From positions 1-39,759 of IMG/VR virus record IMGVR_UViG_3300045410_000071: a DNA stretch of 39,759 nucleotides, one strand, 5' to 3'. Below are positions 16,353 to 25,612 of this stretch, in pieces. The number at the start of each line of letters is the position of its first letter. The first letter of the stretch is position 1. The translations under genes and the position numbers were made by a program. The DNA comes from a virus. Its lineage: Duplodnaviria > Caudoviricetes. The notes under the pieces are model-generated. The model had not been told where the DNA came from and ran no database searches. It saw only the letters and a list, made by a program, of their open reading frames with translations.

Positions 16353-16789
16353 CCGCGCAGCTCCTCGCAGTCTGGAATGCGCCAGCTCTGCCCCGTGAGC
16401 ACGAAGTACTCCCGCAGCAGCTCGTTGAAGCGCTCGGTGATGAAGCGCTTGTCGGTCGCGACGCACTGGCGTGAACGCGTCTCCAGCAGCGTCTGTTCGA
16501 TCTGCCGAACCTCGATGCGCGATATCTGGCCCTTGATGCCGGAGAATTCGCGCTGCACCTCCTCGCGCGAGGCGTAGCCGCTATAGATCGGCGTGAGCCC
16601 CCAGCTCGCGGCGACCTGCACGGTCAGCACACTGAAGATCAGCAACAGCGAATAGAACACGGTCCACCTCCATTGCCGGGCGCGCATCTCGTAGCGCTGC
16701 ACGCGGTAGATGTCATCGTGCACCTCGCCATTCTCGTCCAGGCTGGGCGGGGCGAGACGGCGCAGCAGGGATAACGCCCGATCAATCAT
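16349..16789 (-). CDS. Single-pass membrane protein (lysis-associated)
   Basis: TM WTVFYSLLLIFSVLTVQVAASWGL; coupled to endolysin. Confidence 0.6.
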   Translation of the reverse strand: MIDRALSLLRRLAPPSLDENGEVHDDIYRVQRYEMRARQWRWTVFYSLLLIFSVLTVQVAASWGLTPIYSGYASREEVQREFSGIKGQISRIEVRQIEQTLLETRSRQCVATDKRFITERFNELLREYFVLTGQSWRIPDCEELRG

Positions 16790-16953
16790 GCAGATCCCGC
16801 CTGCTCTTTCGCTATCTCAGGCCCGCTTGCCTGCGACGCGAAGTGCACGGAGAGTTTCTGCAGCAGTTGCGCAGCGGCTTCGGCCTCGGCCATGTTCTGC
16901 AATGGCGCGCGGCGCGCGAGCGTGATGATCTGGGCGATTTCATTTTCAGTCAT
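16786..16953 (-). CDS. Hypothetical 55-aa protein after tail fibre
   Basis: MTENEIAQIITLARRAPLQNMAEAE...; fills the gap exactly, ATGA overlap. Confidence 0.6.
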   Translation of the reverse strand: MTENEIAQIITLARRAPLQNMAEAEAAAQLLQKLSVHFASQASGPEIAKEQAGSA

Positions 16954-16954
16954 A

Positions 16955-19138
16955 TCACACCACCAGATAAGTGAAGGAGAAGTACAGGCCGGTCGAGACG
17001 GCGCCGGTGGACTGGAAAGTAAACGTTGCGGCGTCGTTTATCGCATCGCCGCGTATGAGAACCGAGTTCGGTGGAGGCCCGTAGTTAGCAAAACCGGTGC
17101 CGGCTAGTTGCCCCAAAGACGCTAAGTTGGAGGCTACTGGCAGGGTTATGCGGAAACTTGTTAACGCCGCTGCTGTCGGATCTACGGTTATTTCGCCTGA
17201 CACGGTCACGACGTTACCGACGCGAAGCCATTGGCACACTTGGGGTGTAACCGAATCCAGGTTGCCTATGACGGTTGCTGTTGGCGTATACGTTCCGGCA
17301 TTGAGCACATGGCCGTTGAATGTATTCGCGGTGATGGCGTCGGCCGCAAGCGTGCCCGTGAACGTCGGCGACGCCGAGCGCACCGTCGAACCCGTCCCGG
17401 TGCTCGTAGTCGTACCAGTCCCGCCGCGTGCAACGGGCAACGTGCCAGAAGTAATGATGCCGGCGTCGCGGACGTTCGTGCCGTTGACGGTGACGGTGGT
17501 CGCCGCAAACGCGATACTAGGAACAGTCGTACCGGAACGCGTGACGAGGATAGGTGTTGCACCGACGCCGTCCACATCCGTTCTTGTGAGCAATGACCAC
17601 GAAGACGCAGCGACGTTCATCAGCCAGTATTTTTCATTTACCCCCGCGCCGGTTATCTCAAACGCCATATTGGTCGAAGAGGCGTTTTGCAGCTTTATCG
17701 CGCGGGCTCCCGTCGCGTTAGCCAGGAAAGTGTGCGAGCCGGTAGAGGTTGGCGCGCCGGAAAGCGTTATCGTGGTCGCAGCGAGGTTGATGCTGTCTAT
17801 GGTGTTGTTGCTACGATCAACAGCCATGAACGACGTAGAGCTGCTGCCGGTGTCGTTGACCGCACGCATAGTGAACTGCTCGCCACTGGCTACCGCCCAC
17901 CACCTGCCGTTATTGGCCGCCGCGTCGGTTTCCACCCACGCGAAAAGGGGCGTCGTATTCTGGATGGTGATCCCTAGCCCGTGGGTGAAGATGTGCTGCC
18001 CGGTCCACGTCGGCGCAATGGACTGCGAGAGCGCGGGGGCCGCGTCCGAGCGCATGGCGGTAGTAGCAGAGCCGTTGCTGGCGGCTAGCCCAATAGTCGC
18101 AGTTGGATTCGCAAACGCAGTCACAGTAGACAACAGCGGATTGCCGTTCCACGTCAACGCGGTGGATGCGAGCGCGATGCTGCTAACCGTCGTACCGGAC
18201 CGGGTGACATCCATCCAGTTGGTTCCGCCACCCCCGGCGTCCGTTGCGGTCTGAAATCGCCGAATCGACCCAGTCACGAACTCCCGCCATCTGCCGCTAT
18301 CCGCGGGTGCATCGGTCTCGACTAACATGTAGCCGGGAGTAGCGCTGGAGAGTATCAACGGGAAATTCAACCCGCTGGCGACTCCGGTAAATACGTTGTT
18401 GCTCGCCGCGAACGTGTGCAGCCCCGTCCAGGTGGGCGTGAACGATTGGTCTATAGCTAGCGTACCCGTCGTAACAATCGGGTCCGGGCTTGCGCTGATG
18501 CCGGTGCCGGCGGCAATGCTCGTCACAGTGCCCGTGCCGCCCCCGCCGGAGGCGTTTATCGTCAGCACGTTAGGCACGGAAGTATCGAACGCGATGTTGG
18601 TGCCGGCGTCCAGGCGAAACGATGCCGGGAAACTCGCAGTCTCGTCCGACTCGGTGATGAACGTGAACGCGGCGAAGTCGCTAGGCACCAAGTACCCGGC
18701 GTCGTTTACCAGCTCCGACACGTTGTCACCAGGCTGCAGCGATGAGTCGGCGAGCGCAAGTGACGCAAGCACTGCCGCACTCAGATCTGCGCTGATCGCA
18801 GGCGTGCCGTCGTAGGTGAACTCGATGGTCGCGGTGTTGGTCAGAATCCCGCCGACCGCGTCCTGCGCAGCCTCGATGAAGTCGTTGATATACGTGTTGT
18901 CGATCGGGGAGAAGGCGAGCGCGGTACCGTCTCGGTGCAGGACCGCCTTGTCGGCCGAGGCAACAATGTCCGCAGGGTCCCCGATGTTGTTCGCGCTGCG
19001 GCCGATGACAGACAGCGCAGCACTGTCGCGCAGCTTGACATCCGTAACTGCGTTGGCAACGATGGTTGCGACTGTACTGTCAGGATTGATCGTCAGATCG
19101 CCCAGCTTGCGCTGTCCCTGTGCGTCATAGATGCGCAT
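16955..19138 (-). CDS. Tail fibre / receptor-binding protein
   Basis: 727 aa, G/T/A/S rich, internal repeats, GTLPVARGGTG and GTYTPT...WLRVGNVVTV fibre-type motifs. Confidence 0.8.
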   Translation of the reverse strand: MRIYDAQGQRKLGDLTINPDSTVATIVANAVTDVKLRDSAALSVIGRSANNIGDPADIVASADKAVLHRDGTALAFSPIDNTYINDFIEAAQDAVGGILTNTATIEFTYDGTPAISADLSAAVLASLALADSSLQPGDNVSELVNDAGYLVPSDFAAFTFITESDETASFPASFRLDAGTNIAFDTSVPNVLTINASGGGGTGTVTSIAAGTGISASPDPIVTTGTLAIDQSFTPTWTGLHTFAASNNVFTGVASGLNFPLILSSATPGYMLVETDAPADSGRWREFVTGSIRRFQTATDAGGGGTNWMDVTRSGTTVSSIALASTALTWNGNPLLSTVTAFANPTATIGLAASNGSATTAMRSDAAPALSQSIAPTWTGQHIFTHGLGITIQNTTPLFAWVETDAAANNGRWWAVASGEQFTMRAVNDTGSSSTSFMAVDRSNNTIDSINLAATTITLSGAPTSTGSHTFLANATGARAIKLQNASSTNMAFEITGAGVNEKYWLMNVAASSWSLLTRTDVDGVGATPILVTRSGTTVPSIAFAATTVTVNGTNVRDAGIITSGTLPVARGGTGTTTSTGTGSTVRSASPTFTGTLAADAITANTFNGHVLNAGTYTPTATVIGNLDSVTPQVCQWLRVGNVVTVSGEITVDPTAAALTSFRITLPVASNLASLGQLAGTGFANYGPPPNSVLIRGDAINDAATFTFQSTGAVSTGLYFSFTYLVV

Positions 19139-19461
19139 CAGGTTTCCTCGACACCGGTGATCGTGAAATCAACCGCTCCTGCCGTAGTCGTCACGGCCTC
19201 AACTGTGTCGCCGCTTTCAAGTTGCAGCGACTCGCCATGCTCAAGCAGCGGCGCAGCCTCATTCTCCTGCAGCACGAGGCGATGCCATTGCCGCGGCGTG
19301 CCGGAGGTGTTCAACCACACGTCAATCGTTTGCGCGGCGGCATTCGTGTTGAACAGCAGCAGCTGCTTCACATAGGCCGCAGCACCAAAAGGCACGGTGT
19401 AGATCGCGGCCTGCGCGTCAGGGAGTTGGCCATCCGCGAGCACTCGTGCGGAGAACGGCAT
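19138..19461 (-). CDS. Small virion/tail accessory protein
   Basis: IYTVP...LFNTN...LESGDTV beta-rich pattern; within tail cluster. Confidence 0.6.
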   Translation of the reverse strand: MPFSARVLADGQLPDAQAAIYTVPFGAAAYVKQLLLFNTNAAAQTIDVWLNTSGTPRQWHRLVLQENEAAPLLEHGESLQLESGDTVEAVTTTAGAVDFTITGVEET

Positions 19462-19463
19462 CG

Positions 19464-19781
19464 TTAGATCCCCGCATGGCCGAGCTGCGCCGGATAGCCC
19501 GCATCCGCTGAAGTGCCAGCGCTGGCACTGATGCGCAACTGCCCGTCCACAGTGTCATCGAGCGTAATGTTGGTGCCGGCGTCCAGGCGGCGTGAATGCG
19601 GCAGCAAGCTCGTCTCGTTCGTCGCCGTGATGAACGACGCGCCAAGCAGGTTCGATGGGATCGACTGCGCGGCGCTCACCAGGCGCCGAAAGAAGTCATA
19701 CCACGGCTGCGTCGCGCGACCTTGCGCGTCGATGAGCTGCGCTTGGGCGGCAGGCAGAATGCGCCGATCGGGCGTCGTCAT
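19464..19781 (-). CDS. Tail accessory protein
   Basis: LIDAQGRATQPWYDFFRRL; shares an RLDAGTNI module with the tail fibre. Confidence 0.6.
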   Translation of the reverse strand: MTTPDRRILPAAQAQLIDAQGRATQPWYDFFRRLVSAAQSIPSNLLGASFITATNETSLLPHSRRLDAGTNITLDDTVDGQLRISASAGTSADAGYPAQLGHAGI

Positions 19782-20611
19782 ACCGGGCGCAGCTCCGCCC
19801 AGGCAAACCCATTGTTCGCGCTCGATGTCACGCTGTAGCTGCCCTCGGGGGGCACGCTGAACGAGATGGTAGAGGTGTTATCGGTCGAGCCGTTGGCAGC
19901 CGCCTCGCCCACCGTGACCGAATTGCACTGGGCGACGAAAGGCTGGCCACCCGCGCTTGCGCGACGGCAGCGACAGATCACATTGACCTCGATGCCCACG
20001 CCGGTGTCGTTCGTGTAGACGCTGCCCAGGTCACGTGAGGATGTGAGATCCGACCACTGCCGCGCACCCACCGACGGGAGCACTTTCCACGCATAGTCGC
20101 CCGGCGAGGCATCATCGCGGGTGAGCACCCAGCCATCGGCGATGCCGGCCGGATCCGGGACCTGGCGAGTGGTCGGCAGCGCCTCCCACGCGATGTTTCC
20201 CGCGCCGTCGGTCGTGAGTACGTTCCCATCTGCCTGCCCGGTAGGATCGGGCACCTGGCGGATCGGCGACCAGAAGACATCCGTCCCGTCGTTCGTCAGG
20301 AATTCCCCCGACTGCAGCGCCGGATCTGGAATGCCCACCGGGCCGCTCACGTCATCGCGCGTGACGAGCGTGGCGCCGAGGGAGTCTTTCAGCACCACGC
20401 GGTACGACCCATCACCCCAGATGTCCACGTCCGGCCGGCCGGCGCCATCCAGCGGTACCGGATGGGGATTCGGCGTCGTCATGCCAGGGTCCGACCAGGT
20501 CGTGCGCGGATCGGTCGTGCCGGAGTCGCTGAACGTGAGCGAGCCGTCGGCGAGGACTTGGCCGTCGTTGGTCAGGAACTGGACGGCGACGGGGAAGAAG
20601 CGGAAAGCCAT
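19778..20611 (-). CDS. Tail fibre/spike anchor protein
   Basis: N-terminal QFLTNDG..GTTDP..NPHPVPLDGAGRP..SYRVVLKD virion-attachment-type domain; three PDP..G..LT.D repeats. Confidence 0.7.
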   Translation of the reverse strand: MAFRFFPVAVQFLTNDGQVLADGSLTFSDSGTTDPRTTWSDPGMTTPNPHPVPLDGAGRPDVDIWGDGSYRVVLKDSLGATLVTRDDVSGPVGIPDPALQSGEFLTNDGTDVFWSPIRQVPDPTGQADGNVLTTDGAGNIAWEALPTTRQVPDPAGIADGWVLTRDDASPGDYAWKVLPSVGARQWSDLTSSRDLGSVYTNDTGVGIEVNVICRCRRASAGGQPFVAQCNSVTVGEAAANGSTDNTSTISFSVPPEGSYSVTSSANNGFAWAELRPV

Positions 20612-22446
20612 CAGCGCCCCCCTGAGAGTTGTGCCACTCGATTGCGCGTGCCCTTCTGCTTTGCGCGCGCGAGTTCCTCTTGCAGCATCACGTAGCGAGC
20701 GTCGAGCTCGAGCAGCTCAGGTGAGTTTGGCGAAAGAGTGTCTGCACGGCTCTGAATGGCGCGCATGTCAGATTCGATTTTCGCGACCGTGCGCGGGGCT
20801 TGGGTGCGTGTAGCCACTGCGGTACGCGCGGCAGTGCGCATCGGCGATAGTTGCCGCAAACGATTCTGAGGCCGCGTCTCAAGCGTGATCGCTTCAGAGG
20901 CCGATTCCCCAACCTCGTACCCACCGCGAGCGGCCTGAGCGGCGGCAGCGCGCTCTGCGTCGAAGGCTTCGCCGGCGCGTGCGATTTCGTCTGCCTGCGC
21001 TGACGCCGGCGCCTCGGCGGCTTCGGCCTCGATGTTCTTGCGCGCTGGACCGCGGCGCATGAGTTCCTCGGCGCGCTGAGCGGCGTTGCGCGTCAATCGA
21101 GTAGCACCAAGTCTGGCGGCAACACCAGCTGCAGGGACGGCAGCAGCCAAGGGATTGATCATCGTCGCGCCGATGCCGAGCCACTGCGACAGGCCACCCG
21201 TCGGCGCCAGCTTTCCAATCTGCCTGAGCGTGTTACTGGTCAGCGTTCCGAATGCGACCTCCTTGATGGCCTGCTGCTCCGCCTCATTGAATCTCCCCAA
21301 GCGCTTCTTGTTCAGCGCGAGCTGGCGGAACTCAGTGCGTAGCGCGTTCTCCTCACCGGACCCGGAAAACTGCGTGGCGCGTACCTTGGCGCGCTCCTGC
21401 AGTTCTTCGATTTCCATGGCCTTGCGGCTTCGCGCGTAAAGTCCGCGCGCTTCCTTTCTCGCCGCTACGGCTGCCGGGGCGTTGCCGCCCATCACAGGCT
21501 CTGCACCACTCGCTAATGCGTCGGCATAGTCATCGAGCCGATCGATGATCAGGCCCGCGACGCGGCGCTCATCGGCTTCGATGGACCGCTCCGCGGCAAG
21601 CGCCTGTCGTCGTAGGATTTCGATCTCATCCAGCGCAACCGGCTTGCCGGCTCCGGTGCCTTCGATCTCCTCGATAACGGCAGCGGCCTTGGGATGCAAC
21701 TTCGGATTGAAGCCTTGTTCACGCAGCGATGAGCGCAATCCGGATGCCATGCGGGAATAGCCTTCCGGCGCCGCCACGGCGCCGGCGTCCTTTGCGCGCT
21801 GGTAGGCCTGCTTGGCGGCTACGCCGAGTTCCTGCGTGCTGGGCGCGCGCTGGGATTCTTTGACCGCCGCCTGTGCTCCGCGCTTCGCCATGCCCTCTGT
21901 GAACGCCAGCGACTGCCTCGCGGGCAGGCCTGCGGCCCCTGCTGCCATAGGAAGCAGCGCGATATCCGCACCGGTGGCGCCGGCCAGATCCATGGCGGGT
22001 TTCGTCACCGCACCGATGGCGCCGAGCGTCGCCTTGCCCATCTGGGTGCGCGGCTCGTAGATCGCGGCTTCGGTAGCCTCCTGCAGCGGTTCGCCTGTCA
22101 CCGCCGATCGAACCGCACCGACGATGGGGGCAACCGCACCGGTTGCCATCGTGCCCAGCGCCTCGCCCGCGCCGACCACGTCGGAGAAGCCGGGGACCGT
22201 GCGGGCCTGGGTGAGTTGATCACCCGCAGTCTGCAGGCCCTGCAGATACTCCTGACCATATCGGCCGGCGCGCTGAAGCATCGAGGGTTCCGGCGTCGGT
22301 GTTACGGTGCTGCGCTCGCCGGCCGCCAGGCGCGACATTGCGACATCCGAGAGCAAAGGATCGTCGGCAAACGCATCTGGCCGCCCCGGCGCATCAGGTA
22401 CGAAGCGCGAGCGTCGAGGTTGCTGCTGGTCAGGTACGAAGGGCAT
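20611..22446 (-). CDS. DNA ejection (internal virion) protein
   Basis: 611 aa, Ala-rich helical; third large gene in ejection cluster. Confidence 0.6.
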   Translation of the reverse strand: MPFVPDQQQPRRSRFVPDAPGRPDAFADDPLLSDVAMSRLAAGERSTVTPTPEPSMLQRAGRYGQEYLQGLQTAGDQLTQARTVPGFSDVVGAGEALGTMATGAVAPIVGAVRSAVTGEPLQEATEAAIYEPRTQMGKATLGAIGAVTKPAMDLAGATGADIALLPMAAGAAGLPARQSLAFTEGMAKRGAQAAVKESQRAPSTQELGVAAKQAYQRAKDAGAVAAPEGYSRMASGLRSSLREQGFNPKLHPKAAAVIEEIEGTGAGKPVALDEIEILRRQALAAERSIEADERRVAGLIIDRLDDYADALASGAEPVMGGNAPAAVAARKEARGLYARSRKAMEIEELQERAKVRATQFSGSGEENALRTEFRQLALNKKRLGRFNEAEQQAIKEVAFGTLTSNTLRQIGKLAPTGGLSQWLGIGATMINPLAAAVPAAGVAARLGATRLTRNAAQRAEELMRRGPARKNIEAEAAEAPASAQADEIARAGEAFDAERAAAAQAARGGYEVGESASEAITLETRPQNRLRQLSPMRTAARTAVATRTQAPRTVAKIESDMRAIQSRADTLSPNSPELLELDARYVMLQEELARAKQKGTRNRVAQLSGGR

Positions 22447-23844
22447 CTATTGCCACGTCCCTGGGACGCCTCCAATGACGACGCGCGTGCCAGGGCGCAG
22501 ACCAGCCGCCTCCGCTTCTGCTTCTGTCGCAAACGATGGCGGCGCACCACCGCTTGATGCGGGCGTGGTCGATGGCACTGAAGGCTGTGGTGCGCGACCA
22601 GGCGTCAATCTCATATCCAGCGAGCGCTGAATTTCCTGCGCTGTAAAGTCGTCTCCAGCGGCTTGGGCAGCCTGGAGGCCGCGCCGTGCAGAGCGCTCTA
22701 CGATTGTTTTGACTTGCTCCATGAGCCGCTTGTTGGCGGCCGTGGACTTGCCGAAACCGGCCTCGATCCCCTCCAGGCGCTTTCCTTCCTCCTGGGTGAA
22801 CTGCGCGCCGAATGTTGCGCGCAATTGCGACAGCACCGCCTTGCCCAGGTTGTTGGACAACTCGCCCTCATCGGCGCCGGTGACTCCAAAGAAGTTCGTC
22901 GCGGCCAGCTTCGCGGCGTCCAGGCCACCGGTCGACACGGAGTCGAGCAGCTCAATCGCGCGATTGATGACGGGCATGGAATCTGCCGCGCTTAGACCTT
23001 CACTGATCTGCAGGGCTTGCCGTTCAGTCTGCGTTTTTGCCGTCGTGGACGCGGTTTGAGTTTGCCTCGCAATTTCCGGCGCTGTGGCGAGTTCAACATC
23101 CGCCTTCCCTTGCGCCTTCATGCGCTCCATCTCGGCCAGCGACGCACCGCCAATGCCGTCAACGTAGGTGCCCTGCCCCGTGCGCGGATCGACAGAAACC
23201 AGACGTTTGCGGCCTTGGTTGTCGACGATCTCCCGGACGGTGAGCCCAGCCGAACTCTGCCGTGGATCGAGCCCCAGATCGATGCGACGCGCGCGCTCAA
23301 CATCTTCGGGCGACATGCCCTGCGTCATCCCCTGGAACCCAGCCACTCTCGCGGGCGTCTGGCCTGCGCCCTGCATCGCCGCCATAAACTTCTGCGCCAT
23401 CTGCCCAACTTCCGGCGTGTATTCCGGCGGCGCATCGATCCCGAGACTCAGCATTTCCGGGCGCATCTGCTGATACATCAACATGCGCGCCGAGTTGTTC
23501 TCCTCCGGAATGCTGGTCAGTACGCGCGCAAACAAACCCAGGCGCTCCTGCTTTCGATCATCGTTAGCGCCCATCTGCCGATCCAGCGCCATCGCGCCTT
23601 GTGGATCAGCAGCAGCGGCCTGCGACATGATCGGCTGACGTTCGCCTGGCGTCTGCGCGCCATAGGCTTGACCTGCCAGGTGCCGGAACTGATTGCCGCG
23701 CTCCAACTGCGCGCGCATCTCCTGATCGGCGAACTGCTCGCGCTCGCGCTGTGTCGCGCGATCCTGCATCGCCAGCCCCTCCAGCCGATTGCGTCTGAGG
23801 GTACCGGCGATGTTGGGCAGCGCGATTTCGTATGGATTCGCCAT
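22447..23844 (-). CDS. DNA ejection protein (P22 gp20-like position)
   Basis: GAGG SD, ATG 23844 (MANPYEIALP); Q/A-rich helical. Confidence 0.6.
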   Translation of the reverse strand: MANPYEIALPNIAGTLRRNRLEGLAMQDRATQREREQFADQEMRAQLERGNQFRHLAGQAYGAQTPGERQPIMSQAAAADPQGAMALDRQMGANDDRKQERLGLFARVLTSIPEENNSARMLMYQQMRPEMLSLGIDAPPEYTPEVGQMAQKFMAAMQGAGQTPARVAGFQGMTQGMSPEDVERARRIDLGLDPRQSSAGLTVREIVDNQGRKRLVSVDPRTGQGTYVDGIGGASLAEMERMKAQGKADVELATAPEIARQTQTASTTAKTQTERQALQISEGLSAADSMPVINRAIELLDSVSTGGLDAAKLAATNFFGVTGADEGELSNNLGKAVLSQLRATFGAQFTQEEGKRLEGIEAGFGKSTAANKRLMEQVKTIVERSARRGLQAAQAAGDDFTAQEIQRSLDMRLTPGRAPQPSVPSTTPASSGGAPPSFATEAEAEAAGLRPGTRVVIGGVPGTWQ

Positions 23845-23848
23845 AACA

Positions 23849-24550
23849 TCATCCTCGCGGCGGGGCGTAGGGAGGCGTCCCATAACCACCTCTCCACCAA
23901 GAGTCGCTAGGTTGGCTTGCGCGCGGCGAGTAGCCGCCCGGTGTATCAAAGGCGCTGGTGGTATTCGGCGGCGTGCGCTGTTGCGTGAAGAGATCAGCGA
24001 TCTGTCCCGCGCCCTGCAGATACGTGCTTCCCTGAGCGAGTTGCGAGAATGCGTTGGCATTGGCTCCCTGCATGATTGCGTCGCCAGCCTGCCCCGCATA
24101 CGCCATGCCTTGATTGCCGACCCCCGCGGCCGCGTTCTGGCCGAGTCCTGCGAGGTTGGCGATGCGGTTGTAGTAGTCGCCGTAGGTTTGCGAGGCCAAG
24201 CCACCGGAGTAGTCCGCGAGCGCGGCGAGCTGTCCGCCGGAGTACTGAGTTCCACGTGAAGCCGCCGAGCGGTCCAGACCCTTGATGCCCTGGTCGCGCG
24301 CGAACTGGTAGTCGGGCGATTCGGTGAAACCTGAATAGTCGCCACGATTCAAGTTTTGCAGCTGTGTGAGCGCGTTTTGACCCGCCTGCATGTATGGGAT
24401 CTGATCCCGGCGCGATTGCTCGTATTGAGCCTGCGACAGTGCAGCGGCTTCGCGTGAGCCGCGCGCAGCGGCCTCGCCGGCTTTGCCCTGTTCGTGCGCA
24501 CCGTAGGCTGCTCCTGCAGTTGCGAGGGCGGCGCCCCAGACCTCAGCCAA
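23849..24550 (-). CDS. DNA transfer protein (P22 gp7-like)
   Basis: TTG start after GAGGTG; PYMQAGQNAL, SPDYQFARDQG, SAASRG..SG, LAGLGQNAA motifs. Confidence 0.75.
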   Translation of the reverse strand: MAEVWGAALATAGAAYGAHEQGKAGEAAARGSREAAALSQAQYEQSRRDQIPYMQAGQNALTQLQNLNRGDYSGFTESPDYQFARDQGIKGLDRSAASRGTQYSGGQLAALADYSGGLASQTYGDYYNRIANLAGLGQNAAAGVGNQGMAYAGQAGDAIMQGANANAFSQLAQGSTYLQGAGQIADLFTQQRTPPNTTSAFDTPGGYSPRASQPSDSWWRGGYGTPPYAPPRG

Positions 24551-25016
24551 AGTGCACCTCCCCCAATCGGGTTTTTTGCGCGGCGATGCGCAGAGCATCG
24601 ATGACCATCGCGAGCGTGACTTGCGTGAGCGGCAGATGCGCAACGCTGGCATAGCTCACGCGCGCGTTGCGGCGATAGTCGTTGGTGATTTCTTCACCGA
24701 GCGCGATGTCGCGCAGCGCCACTTGGTACAAATCGAACTTCTCATCCATGACGTACTGCGCGTTCGGGTTGCTCGCGTGATTCGTATAGCGGCCTGCGGG
24801 CGTCAGATGGCCCCTGAGATAAGCGGGCGCGATCGTTTCGCCTGCGTAAAAGGGCTGCGTTGCGAATAGGCCCTGTCCATGAATCGCCGATGGCCCCACG
24901 GCTACATCGGCCGCGTGTGGGAATGCGATCACATCAGTCGTGAGCTGCCCCAATCGAAGCATCGCGTCTTCGGTCAGATCGAACTCGGCGAGCATGTCAT
25001 CGTAGTCCTGGCTCAT
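24543..25016 (-). CDS. SET-domain protein (putative lysine methyltransferase)
   Basis: SAIHGQGLFAT, RYTNHASNPNA, ALRDIALGEEITNDY SET motifs. Confidence 0.88.
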   Translation of the reverse strand: MSQDYDDMLAEFDLTEDAMLRLGQLTTDVIAFPHAADVAVGPSAIHGQGLFATQPFYAGETIAPAYLRGHLTPAGRYTNHASNPNAQYVMDEKFDLYQVALRDIALGEEITNDYRRNARVSYASVAHLPLTQVTLAMVIDALRIAAQKTRLGEVHFG

Positions 25017-25612
25017 CGAGCTGCTCCTACGTCGAGACAGAAGTGCGACACCCATACGAGCCTTCCATCCTCCACTGTCGACCCAAATCCGTGCCGCGGG
25101 GTGCGCGCATGAAACCTTGGCGCATCGAAAATCACAGCGCGGTTGAGCTGCCCGCGCACGAAGTCGAGCAGCTCCCAGTCCTTTTCCGATCCCTCGACCA
25201 TATCGCGCTTGAGCAGATCGAATTTCCGGTCCTGCGCCATTTCCGCGAACGACGGCATGTGCGTCATGCCAGTCTCACGATGACGATAGAACCCCGTGCC
25301 AGATCGCTCCTCGTGCTCAGAGAGGTACACGATGCAAGTGAAGTCGCCCGACTCACGGTCCGAGTGTACGTAGGCGCCCTCGGTGTCCTCGTTCGTCACG
25401 CGGCAAAACATGCTGTTCGGATACACGGGTCGGCCCATGTAGTACGCGAGCGCGTGAAGCATGAGCGAGTGCTTGGCCCAGAATGACATGCCTTCGTAGA
25501 TCGACGAGCCGACTTCTCCAGCGTTCGGCCGCCAGGTCCCGAAGCCGCTGGCGAGTGCACTCTCACGCACCTCATCGACCCGCGGGGAAAAGTTGTCGAT
25601 GACCTGAATCAC
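25013..25612 (-). CDS. 2OG-Fe(II) oxygenase-like protein (DUF6445-like)
   Basis: VIDNF, HSD, IVYLS..SGTGFY, NRAVIFDA.RFH, RLVWV: HxD...H...R set. Confidence 0.8.
   Translation of the reverse strand: MIQVIDNFSPRVDEVRESALASGFGTWRPNAGEVGSSIYEGMSFWAKHSLMLHALAYYMGRPVYPNSMFCRVTNEDTEGAYVHSDRESGDFTCIVYLSEHEERSGTGFYRHRETGMTHMPSFAEMAQDRKFDLLKRDMVEGSEKDWELLDFVRGQLNRAVIFDAPRFHARTPRHGFGSTVEDGRLVWVSHFCLDVGAAR

Noticed and set aside
17097-18254. Long plus-strand ORFs opposite structural genes (also 23017-23910, 33431-34315 and others)
   Set aside because: Antisense shadows typical of high-GC coding DNA; no motifs or SD
22447-24345. 632-aa ORF-track version of the ejection gene
   Set aside because: The 5' extension overlaps the gp7-like gene; the SD-supported start is 23844
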